Below are positions 10,261-19,700 of a stretch of DNA of 64,000 nucleotides, one piece after another; the first letter of the stretch is position 1; the number at the start of each line of letters is the position of its first letter. The stretch lies in the sequence record MK799832.1; one strand, given 5' to 3'. The notes beneath the pieces were generated by a model. It did not search any database. It was not told the DNA's origin and was given only the letters and a program-made list of their open reading frames with translations. Position numbers and translations under genes: made by a program.

Positions 10261-11370
10261 ATGTTGAACACACACCACGTTATGGCACTCACTACTTCTT
10301 CCATCATTGCTTCTCTTCAAGACACCTACGGACCTGAGGTCACCACTGGTGATATTCGTGGATGGTGTGCCATGAATGACGTAAGTTATCAGACTGTCAC
10401 TAAGAAACTCAATGACTACAAAGTTGGTCGTGGTAAGTGGAACCTGACGGTTCAAGAGAAACTGGAACAAAACTATCAAGCACCTGCTGCTCTTCCTGCA
10501 ATCGAACAAGACCTGATTCCTCAGAAAGATGATTCCTTCGTCACTTTTGGTAACTTCAGCGATATCAAAAAAATTATTAAGTCCCGTCTTTTCTACCCTT
10601 CATTCATTACGGGTCTCTCTGGAAACGGTAAAACGTTCTTGGTTGAACAGGCTTGTGCCCAACTCAAGAGGGAACTGATCCGTGTCAACATTACGATCGA
10701 GACTGATGAGGATGATCTTATTGGTGGCTTTCGTCTTGTTAATGGTGAAACTGTTTGGCATAACGGACCCGTCATCGAGGCTCTGGAAAGGGGAGCTGTA
10801 CTACTTCTAGATGAAGTTGACCTGGCATCTAACAAGATCCTGTGTCTCCAATCTATTCTCGAAGGTAAGGGTGTCTTCCTTAAGAAGATTGGTAAGTTTG
10901 TCAAACCTGCCGAAGGTTTCCAAGTCATTGCCACCGCCAATACTAAAGGTAAGGGTTCTGAAGATGGTCGGTTCATTGGCACCAATGTTCTCAACGAAGC
11001 ATTCCTTGAGCGTTTCTGTGTGACCTTTGAACAGTCTTATCCGACTCCTGCTACAGAACAGAAAATTCTTGAGTCTGGTTGTGATGACAAAGACTTCTGT
11101 AAGCACCTGGTAGACTGGGCTGACATCATCCGTAAGACCTTCTATGATGGTGGTATTGATGAGATTATCTCTACCCGTCGTCTGGTTCATATCGTCCGTG
11201 CATACTCTATCTTTGGTGATAAAGCCAAAGCCATTCAAGTTTGTATCAATCGATTCGACGATGAAACCAAGTCTGCATTCCTGGAACTGTATGACAAAGT
11301 GGACGCAGACTTCACCATGAATACTGACAGTATTGATGTCCTTAATGTTGACAACACTATGGAAAGTTGA
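10261..11370 (+). CDS. cobS: MoxR/CobS-like AAA+ ATPase
   Basis: GLSGNGKT Walker A, LLLDEVD Walker B, TANTKG, NEAFLERF. True start may be the second Met (MALTTSS). Confidence 0.9.
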   Translation: MLNTHHVMALTTSSIIASLQDTYGPEVTTGDIRGWCAMNDVSYQTVTKKLNDYKVGRGKWNLTVQEKLEQNYQAPAALPAIEQDLIPQKDDSFVTFGNFSDIKKIIKSRLFYPSFITGLSGNGKTFLVEQACAQLKRELIRVNITIETDEDDLIGGFRLVNGETVWHNGPVIEALERGAVLLLDEVDLASNKILCLQSILEGKGVFLKKIGKFVKPAEGFQVIATANTKGKGSEDGRFIGTNVLNEAFLERFCVTFEQSYPTPATEQKILESGCDDKDFCKHLVDWADIIRKTFYDGGIDEIISTRRLVHIVRAYSIFGDKAKAIQVCINRFDDETKSAFLELYDKVDADFTMNTDSIDVLNVDNTMES

Positions 11371-11376
11371 TAGAAT
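11348..11376 (+). promoter_or_regulatory. Sigma70-like promoter inside the cobS 3' end
   Basis: TTGACA-N17-TAGAAT. Confidence 0.6.
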
Positions 11377-11788
11377 GATCTCATGGTCCTTATTGTATGA
11401 TGTAATGAATGAGCTACCTGAGGAGGGGTTTGAGTATACTCCTCTTACACCTGTTAATGAATTTAAAATGGATTTGAATTTGAATAATGATAATGGTTTC
11501 TGGAAATATGAGGAGGATGTAATCCTAAAAGAAATCCGTGACTATCTTGGTGGTACGTACAAAGCACATTACGCAAACGACAACAAGACTCAGACACTTG
11601 ATCTGATCGACAGTATCGGTGACTCAGAAGCATTCTGTCGATCCAACGCTATAAAGTATCTCTCACGGTTTGGTAAGAAGGAAGGCAAGTCTAAACTTGA
11701 CATCCTCAAAGCAATCCACTATTGTATCCTCCTCTATCATTTCTCTGGCATCAACAAGCAACCAAAAGGTAATTATGAAACTTTCTGA
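11375..11788 (+). CDS. DUF3310/SaV-like protein
   Basis: HY...EAFCRSNAIKYLSRFGKKEGKSKLDILKAIHY. Start uncertain (11375, 11405 or 11468). Confidence 0.75.
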   Translation: MISWSLLYDVMNELPEEGFEYTPLTPVNEFKMDLNLNNDNGFWKYEEDVILKEIRDYLGGTYKAHYANDNKTQTLDLIDSIGDSEAFCRSNAIKYLSRFGKKEGKSKLDILKAIHYCILLYHFSGINKQPKGNYETF

Positions 11789-12440
11789 ATCTACTGTATC
11801 TCTCCTGAAGAACTTCTCTTCGATCAACCAGTCTATCCTGTTCAAAGAGGGACAGAAACTGCGTTCTATCTCAGTGATGAAGAACATCCTGGTTGAAGCC
11901 AATGTATCCGAACAGTTCCCTAAAGACTTCGGTATCTACGATCTGAACCAGTTCCTCAATGGTCTGTCTCTTCATCAAAGTCCCGATCTTGATTTTGACA
12001 ATGATCAGTACGTTGTGATCAAAGAAGGTCGTTCCCGTTCTAAGTATTTCTTTGCAGATCCGTCTGTGATCGTTGCACCTCCTGAGAAAGAGATTACTCT
12101 TCCGACTGAAGATGTTTGTTTCCAACTGACCAGTCAACAACTGGAGAAACTGAAGAAGGCTGCATCTGTCTATCAACTTCCCGATATCTCTGTCATCGGT
12201 GAAGCTGGTGTCATCAAACTTGTTGCTCGTGACAAGAAGAACGATACTTCTAATGACTTCTCTATTGTTGTTGGTGAGACTGACAATGATTTCGTATTCA
12301 ACTTCAAAGAAGAGAACCTGAAGATTGTTCCTGGTAACTACGACGTGGTTGTGTCAGAAAAACTTCTGTCCCGTTTCCAGAATCAGAACATCGACGTGAC
12401 CTATTATATCGCTCTGGAACCTGATTCCACTTTCGGCTGA
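11775..12440 (+). CDS. g45: Sliding clamp gp45
   Basis: MKLSESTVSLLKNFSSINQSI, FGIYDLNQFL, YYIALEPDS; start corrected to ATG 11775. Confidence 0.95.
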   Translation: MKLSESTVSLLKNFSSINQSILFKEGQKLRSISVMKNILVEANVSEQFPKDFGIYDLNQFLNGLSLHQSPDLDFDNDQYVVIKEGRSRSKYFFADPSVIVAPPEKEITLPTEDVCFQLTSQQLEKLKKAASVYQLPDISVIGEAGVIKLVARDKKNDTSNDFSIVVGETDNDFVFNFKEENLKIVPGNYDVVVSEKLLSRFQNQNIDVTYYIALEPDSTFG

Positions 12441-12562
12441 TGAGACATATACTCTTCACGTTGAAGGGTTGTCCTTTTGGGTTATTAGATGATGAGGCTC
12501 ACATTCGTAACGTTCTTGCGAATGCTGCCTCGTTGTCAGAGAGTACACTCCTTGGTATTCAA
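12440..12562 (+). pseudogene. speD: S-adenosylmethionine decarboxylase, N-terminal 41 aa only (cut by breakpoint)
   Basis: MRHILFTLKGCPFGLLDDEAHIRNVLANAASLSESTLLGIQ resembles phage SpeD N-termini. The expected SHKF.PQG...AESH is absent and the frame stops at 12586 in foreign sequence. Confidence 0.7.
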
Positions 12563-14001
12563 ACTCCAGTGACTTGTAGGAACTGAGTTGTGGTAACACC
12601 AGAAACACCAAGAGTTGAAATGGTCGATACACCAGTTACCTCAAGGAACTGTGCAGTTGCAACTCCAGTGACACCCAGAGTTTGAACTGTACCAACACCA
12701 GTGACATCTAAGAACTGTGTGGTGGTGATACCTGTAACACCTAACTGTCCAGTGATAGTAGTCAGACCAGACAGTGATGTGAGACCAGAAACTACCAGGT
12801 TGTTTGGTACAGTGACGTTAGTATCCAGACCAACTGTGACTGTATTACCAAGACCGATTGTATAAATCTCGTTTGTAGTACCTTTGATTGTGAAGGTCTC
12901 TTCATCAAGGTCAATCGTACCACCACCAGTGTCGGCATCGAAGGTCATTCCGATACCAGTTCTAGTCGCGTCTACATAAGCACGAATAGATTGTTGTGTC
13001 GCCAGAGCATCAGCTCTGTTTGACACCATGTCATCCTCATCGAGGATTGCAGTAACAGCAACACCAGGACCAGTAGATAAGGTCAGATTAGTGATTGTCG
13101 CTGCAGTGGAGACATTCAGAAGGTCGGTGGTCGTAATACCAGTGACATCTAATGTCTTTGCGGTAGCAACACCCAGTGTGGTGACACCAATAACTTCCAA
13201 TGAAGTTGCAGATGAAATGTAACCACTTTGAAGGTTGGTTGCAATACCAGCGAATTGTGCTCTTCTTACATCAAGTGATGCCTTAGGGTCAATAAAGATT
13301 GGAGTTGATGTACCTTGAGCAAGAAGAATATTACCAGATACACCAACAGGCATAAATGTGGTGGAATTTAATCCATCCTGAACAGGTATTCTACCTGCAG
13401 AACCACCTTTTAAGTTGGTTGAAATACCAGCACTATCAGCATATGCTACGTTAATTGCAGCAAGAGATGTCCAAGTTGGTGCTAAAGCACCATTTGATTG
13501 AAGGATTTCACCAGCAGAACCAACTGCTGTAAATGCAGTGTCGTTAGCACCTGCCTGATACAGAACAGCACCAGCAGCACCACCCTTAACATCAGTCGCA
13601 AGACCAGCGTTAGTTGCGTATCCAGCAACCGCCACACCAGTTGCAGAAATTGTAACTCTACCTTGACCAGATAAAGGACTGATTTGAACACCAGCACCAG
13701 GAACAACTGATGTAACTACACCACTTAAATTAACACCGTCACCGTAATAAGTCGCACCAGTGACGATACCAGCGGTCGTAATGCCAGTAAGATTTGAGTT
13801 GAAAAGATTTGCACCGTTATTGGCGGTGATATAGTTGGCAGTCAGTGCATTACCAACTAAAACGTTATTTGTAACACCAAGACCAAGGACAGTTGCAATA
13901 CCAGTGACTGTAAAATGTCCACTAACAGTCGATGGACCTACAATAATAGGACCAGTATTATTAAACCTATTGGCAATCTTGTCGGCCCTAAGTAATGACA
14001 T
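12559..14001 (-). CDS. Tail fibre protein with VTG(I/V)xT beta-repeats, 3'-truncated at breakpoint
   Basis: Gly/Thr/Val-rich repeats; AILDEDDMVSNRADALATQQSIRAYVD motif. The TGA is created mid-repeat at the junction. Confidence 0.8.
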   Translation of the reverse strand: MSLLRADKIANRFNNTGPIIVGPSTVSGHFTVTGIATVLGLGVTNNVLVGNALTANYITANNGANLFNSNLTGITTAGIVTGATYYGDGVNLSGVVTSVVPGAGVQISPLSGQGRVTISATGVAVAGYATNAGLATDVKGGAAGAVLYQAGANDTAFTAVGSAGEILQSNGALAPTWTSLAAINVAYADSAGISTNLKGGSAGRIPVQDGLNSTTFMPVGVSGNILLAQGTSTPIFIDPKASLDVRRAQFAGIATNLQSGYISSATSLEVIGVTTLGVATAKTLDVTGITTTDLLNVSTAATITNLTLSTGPGVAVTAILDEDDMVSNRADALATQQSIRAYVDATRTGIGMTFDADTGGGTIDLDEETFTIKGTTNEIYTIGLGNTVTVGLDTNVTVPNNLVVSGLTSLSGLTTITGQLGVTGITTTQFLDVTGVGTVQTLGVTGVATAQFLEVTGVSTISTLGVSGVTTTQFLQVTGV

Positions 14002-14028
14002 TACCTATAATGCTTCTTCCGTTAGTTG

Positions 14029-14053
14029 TATTTATAATATGTCAAGATAAATA
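14029..14053. promoter_or_regulatory. Divergent pair of late promoters
   Basis: TATAAATA on the minus strand (14029-14036) and ATAAATA on the plus strand (14047-14053). Confidence 0.6.
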
Positions 14054-14080
14054 TTTTCAACCAATTCAGTATTTAACAAG

Positions 14081-14410
14081 ATGAAGGACGGTGAATTTTG
14101 TCCACTAATAAAGAAAAAGTGTGTCCAACATAAATGTGCTTGGTATACACAAGTTAGGGGTACAAATCCTAATACTGGTCAAGAAGTAGATGAATGGAAA
14201 TGTGCTGTGTCTTGGATGCCTATGATGGCTGTAGAAATTGCACAAAAGTCAAATCAAACTGGTGCAGCTGTAGAAAGTTTTAGAAACGAAGTGGTGAATG
14301 CAAATCACCAAAATCAAAAGTTGTATGCTCATGCATTACAACAGGGGATTGTTCAAGCTCAAGTAACTCCGTATCCCCCTATTGATACATTACCTCCAGG
14401 TCAAGGATAG
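14081..14410 (+). CDS. Cys-rich hypothetical protein next to a tail fibre (possible fibre assembly factor)
   Basis: FCPLIKKKCVQHKCAWY...WKCAVSW; own late promoter; convergent with the fibre gene. Confidence 0.7.
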   Translation: MKDGEFCPLIKKKCVQHKCAWYTQVRGTNPNTGQEVDEWKCAVSWMPMMAVEIAQKSNQTGAAVESFRNEVVNANHQNQKLYAHALQQGIVQAQVTPYPPIDTLPPGQG

Positions 14411-16743
14411 GCATCCTTAGATGCAATGATTACGTCAATATATTGAACTCTGAAGTCCATTGAAGCTCCAGAGGTACCTTCATTGTCAACGGTAATACCG
14501 TGAGTGTGGTTTGCATTATTAATACCTACACTGGTTCCATGATTATGACTTCCACCACTGTTAATTGAGATTCCAGTTAGTCTATTGCCACTAACAAAAT
14601 TAGCACGGGTAGATGCTGCAGCATTAGCACTTCTATTACCAAACTCCTTATTTCCACTAGGTGCGGAATAATCGTGGTTGTGGCCAGGATCAGAAATACC
14701 GTGAGTGTGTGAACCACCACTTTCAACTGTAACACCATGGCTGTGATTAGCACTCTGATTACCAGATGAAGCAGTGTGATTGTGTCTCAGTAGTGGAACA
14801 CTTCTTGTTGCAAAAGTTGAGGTAAACGTATTGTTACCACCCGTACCACCACCACTACCAGACACAACTCTAAGTGCCTTATTATTCTGAGTTGTTAGTT
14901 TAGTCCAACCTGATGGTGCAGATGCCTGATAGAACAACATAGTCGTTCCTGCAGGTATCACTGCAGTTCTTACTTCATCATAAACATCGGTGACAAGATT
15001 TGCTGTTGCTGCTCTGGTAGTTGATGAACTGTTAGGTGGGAAAGTATCATAAAGTTGTACTACACCCTGAGCGGTTGTTGATGCATCAGGAATTCTATCT
15101 GCATTGATAGTACCTTGTGAAATGTTTGAACCATCAAGGTTTGTAAGATTATCACCAGCACCAGCAATATTTGCTGCAGTCAGAGTGTTAGTAGATGGAT
15201 TATATGTGAATTGACCTGATTGAGAGTCAATATAAGGTCTTTGATAACCAGCTCCTTGATTGTCACTGAATAATACCTGATAAGTTGTATTATTAGATTT
15301 TTTATCTACATTAATATTGTCTGCATTGGTTGCAGTACCAGCCAAACCAGCAGTAACCGTTGTGGCTGTGATATTGGTTGATGACAGTGTATTTGTAGAA
15401 GGATTATAAGTTAATCTATCACTATCACTATCAATCAATTGTCTCTGATAGTCTGCACTTCCTGGGTTACTAAATGTAACTTGGAATTTAGTATTTGCAC
15501 TGCTTGAGTCAATATTAATATTGTCAGCACCTGTTGCGATACCAGACAAGTTACCAATAACTCTATTGACAGTCAGTCGATTGGTTGATGGGTTGTAGGA
15601 CATCTGTCCATCTTCACTATCAACATACAAGTTTTGATAGTTTGAACCAATACCTAAAGTATCACTAAATGGAACTTGATATGCTACATTATCACTCTTC
15701 TCTTGAAGACTGACTCTATCAGCACCAGTTGAAACTCCAATCAGAGCAGTCTGGTCTTGTCTGACAGTCAGAATACCAGAACTGACACTGAAGTCTGGAC
15801 CTTTCAGATTATTGATAGTACCAATACCTGAAACATAAATCTGTTCAAAGTCAGCTTGAGTATCACTGTCTAAGAACTGAGAAACTGTCAGAACACCAAC
15901 AGTATAGGTTTTATTGTCATTATCAACATAAATCGTACCACCCATACCAGCAACGTTTGATGCTTGATAGTACAGGATGTTAGGTGAATTGAATGGAACC
16001 TTGAAGGTAACAACACCAACCTGAGCACCATTGTTAGTGACACCATCTGAATACTGATTATTCAGGTCAGCAGTTGGTTGTGTCTTGAGGTAGAATGGGA
16101 AACCACCAGAGTCAAGGTGGAACTCATATTTCTGACCTCTTGAAACATAAATTTCTGGATTGTCAGTGTTCTGAGTGAAACCAATACCAGGTGGGTCACC
16201 CGCAACTAAGAATCTAAAGGTATCACTAGTGACTTCTTCAATATTAAACTTAGTATATACCTCTGCATTATTTGCATCAAGTACATTATCTACAGTGACA
16301 TTAGTAAAGCCAACTGTACCACCAGCAGAAATCTGACCTTCGAGTCGATTACCCTTAATCGTACCAGTGACTTCTACATCACCAAAAATATATGCTGCTG
16401 TTGTACCAGTGGATACGGGACCATAAAGGTCTAAAGTATAAACTGGTGAGGTTGAACCGATACCAATCTTAGCGTCGAGTTTGTCAATCGATACAAAAGT
16501 ACCACCTACACCAACATCAATACCGTCATTGGCAGTAATGATACCAGTAAAGGCACCTCTTTGAGCTGTAATTGTGGTACCTACTGCAAGGTCTGAACTT
16601 ACCTCAGCGTTACCAATTACAACTAATTTTCTATTGGGGGTGGTAGTACCTAGACCAACTTTATCATTGTCAGAATCAGCAAAAATTAAATTTTCGTTGA
16701 CCTGTAAACCATTTTTAACGACAAAATCCTTATCTATCGCCAT
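14401..16743 (-). CDS. Tail fibre protein with collar domain and His-x-His needle tip
   Basis: GLGTTTP repeats; IPAGTTMLFYQASAPSGWTK collar; six HxH motifs near the C-terminus. Confidence 0.85.
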   Translation of the reverse strand: MAIDKDFVVKNGLQVNENLIFADSDNDKVGLGTTTPNRKLVVIGNAEVSSDLAVGTTITAQRGAFTGIITANDGIDVGVGGTFVSIDKLDAKIGIGSTSPVYTLDLYGPVSTGTTAAYIFGDVEVTGTIKGNRLEGQISAGGTVGFTNVTVDNVLDANNAEVYTKFNIEEVTSDTFRFLVAGDPPGIGFTQNTDNPEIYVSRGQKYEFHLDSGGFPFYLKTQPTADLNNQYSDGVTNNGAQVGVVTFKVPFNSPNILYYQASNVAGMGGTIYVDNDNKTYTVGVLTVSQFLDSDTQADFEQIYVSGIGTINNLKGPDFSVSSGILTVRQDQTALIGVSTGADRVSLQEKSDNVAYQVPFSDTLGIGSNYQNLYVDSEDGQMSYNPSTNRLTVNRVIGNLSGIATGADNINIDSSSANTKFQVTFSNPGSADYQRQLIDSDSDRLTYNPSTNTLSSTNITATTVTAGLAGTATNADNINVDKKSNNTTYQVLFSDNQGAGYQRPYIDSQSGQFTYNPSTNTLTAANIAGAGDNLTNLDGSNISQGTINADRIPDASTTAQGVVQLYDTFPPNSSSTTRAATANLVTDVYDEVRTAVIPAGTTMLFYQASAPSGWTKLTTQNNKALRVVSGSGGGTGGNNTFTSTFATRSVPLLRHNHTASSGNQSANHSHGVTVESGGSHTHGISDPGHNHDYSAPSGNKEFGNRSANAAASTRANFVSGNRLTGISINSGGSHNHGTSVGINNANHTHGITVDNEGTSGASMDFRVQYIDVIIASKDAYP

Positions 16744-16780
16744 TTGGGTTCACTCTCCCCCACTATTTTTTTATTATTTA

Positions 16781-19700
16781 TCAACTACTGATAGTACCAA
16801 ATGTCTTCCACTCATTGTTAGTTGTATAGACCCAACCAACTGTTCCACCACTTGCTGGGTTTGCATTGTATACAATGTCACCAGGGTTACCAGCCTCAGA
16901 TGGAGTGGCAATACCGACAGTGATTTTTCTAGACACCTGTGCATTACCTTGAATGAAGATGTTATTGGCTTCAATACCCTCAGAAGAAGTACTGACTACC
17001 TTTTTGGTGAATTGAACAGGACCATTGAATTCTGAGAGAATGTTGGACTTGTCACCACCATCAACAACAACGTTTCTTTCAATCTTAACCACAGAACTAT
17101 CAACAAAGTTGAAATCGGAAACATCGTTTGTAGAACCAACCGTATATGGGTCTTCTCCACATATCGTCTGAACTGGTGTATCATAAACTTGTTCTCTACC
17201 AGTATTAGATGCGATTCTCTTATTACCAATAAAGAAGTCACCTCTGTCATTCATACCAGTGTAGTTGACAACACCACCACCAGTAGACTGTGATTGAGCA
17301 GTAATTTGTTGTTCAAGTGTAAGTTGTTTTGTTTGCTTATCAGGGAATGCGGTTGAGTAGTTACCTGGACCATAACCAAGATATTCAAATGTATGTGCAG
17401 ATGCTCTGATCAGTGAGTTTCTTCTAAATTCGATAGGATAGAAAAGAATTCTCTGAACTACTGAACCAGATACATGGGTATCTGCAATAGAACCATAAAC
17501 ACCTCTGAATACCTTCAATTGTGTTACACCAGAAGTTCTACTTACAGTGGTCTTGATTCTCATGATTTCATCATTGATCTGAATATAATCACCAATCAAG
17601 AAACCAAAGTCTGTCATATTTGATACGTTAATTGTATCAGTGGTTTTACTTGTAATAGCCGCAGACAATGTAGTTGTGATACCAGCGTAAATAGGTTCTT
17701 CTCTACCATGAAGTCTACCATTACCAACTACCAAATCACCAAAGTTATTTCTAATACCACCACTGTGAAGTCTGATAGTTCCACCAGTCGCAGGAGTGAC
17801 GGTATTGACACCAACTTGAAGAACAACAGTTGTCAGACCAATCTTATCAACACAAACAAATGAACCATTGTAGAATGTCTGCGCAGCACCACTGATGACT
17901 ACACTATTATTAACTCTAAAGTTGTTTGCATAGTCTGTAGTTACTGTTGCAAGTCCGACATCCTTATTATAAACAAAATTATTCGTATCATACGCAGGAC
18001 CGATGACAGAGAATGCAGCTGGTGCGCATACATCGTTTCCAAGACCAAGTGTTGTGATGCCTGGTGATACTGGTGCCAATGGTTCTACTTCAATCTCTTT
18101 AATACCAGGAATTGAGGTCACTCTATAAAGTGAATTGTATGCTCTTCCATCATAATCATTGATACCAGCAATTCTAATGGTGTCGTTTCTGTTATCATAA
18201 ATCTTGTTGACAGAACCTGTTGCTGCACTAAATCCAGTGGTTGTTGCAATACCAACAACTCTGAAAGTATCACCCTCAACAAATGCAGTACCACCATCCA
18301 TGATAGCAATATCAATAATCTCACCTGTCGATGTTCCATCTACAGTAACCAATGCTGTTGCATTTCTACCAAGTGAACCAGCACCAAGGTTTTCAAGTGT
18401 TGCATTATAATAGTATTGAATGGTTGATGAACCATCACCATATCCAGTACCTGGGTTATCAATAACTGCTCTGGTGATTCTATTACAACCATGGTCAGTA
18501 TCAGTAAAGATTGTATATGCAGTACCAACGTTATTTGATACAATATCTGTAATACCAGCACCAACTCCACTATCACTAAAGAGTTCTTCTAAAGTCTCTC
18601 CAGTGATACTATTGGTGGGATTATTAATAACCGTCTCACCGATATTACTTGGAATAGCATAACATGCTGCAGATGTTGCAGTTGATTTTGGATTGTCTCT
18701 ATCTAACTGTGGATAAAGATTTCCGACAGGTTGTGAGAATGCATATTCTTCAACATTGAATGGTGCAACAGATGGTTTTACATCAGCATTAAGAACACTC
18801 AGGTAATAGATACCATCTTGCTCTCCATTCTTATAGTCATTAATAGTTTCTACATTATAAACGTAAAAGTCCTTAGAGAATTTCTTTCTCTTGACTGTTG
18901 GAAGTGCAGTGGTTCTCTGTGAAGTATTGTTAGTAAAGGTACCAGGACTTGATCGAATCTGATTTACCGAGAATGTTCTTGCACTACTGATACCAGTGAC
19001 CTCGTATGTACCGTTGAAACCAGAATTACCAACACCTACAGTTGGGAAGAGTGTACTTGTAACATTATTAATCTCAACGGTTGAACCAATAGAAAGACCA
19101 TGTGGTTTTTCAGTGGTATAGAATGCAAGTCCTGACCTGTAATCAACATTAGCAATAAAACTAAAGTTTCTCATTTGAGCATCATTGCTCATCGTAACAG
19201 AACCAGGGTTGAAATTAAGTGCAATCTCTGTATTTGATGTACTAGTTACATCGCTAGACTGTTGAATCACATAACCATCCAGAGGTGGTCTTGCTGAATC
19301 AGAACCTGTAGATGATGGAATGACGAATCTTACTTTATGAATTCTATCTGCAGATTGTCTGGTATCTTTCAGTCTTGTGATGTAAGACCTTGGGGTTGCA
19401 TCACCTAATCCACCACCAACAACTTTTGCGTACAGATTATTTTCAGTAGAAGCAGATGAGACATTAACATACCATTGACGTTCTGTCGTATCATATTGAA
19501 CTGGGTGACCTACATCACCAGCATCCTTATCACCAACTCTACTCTCTACAATCAGAGTATCACCAAGATTGTTGATAGAAATCTTGTTTCCTGACAGTGA
19601 GTCGTTAAATGATTGTGCAAGTTGTAATTGATTACCACCCAGACCATCAACGATAGAGAAGTATACTTTATTACTCTCTAAACCATCAGGAAGTCTACCG

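Noticed and set aside
10261-11370. Cobalamin biosynthesis by the phage
   Set aside because: Only MoxR-like similarity; no cobN or other cob genes
12580-12800. Tandem near-repeats (ACACCAGT/ACTCCAGT) suggesting CRISPR or a DGR template
   Set aside because: They are codon-level repeats of the VTGxxT fibre motif; no constant repeat with unique spacers and no reverse transcriptase
15150-15650. Three ~190-nt imperfect repeats (YNPSTN)
   Set aside because: Ordinary internal repeats of the fibre shaft
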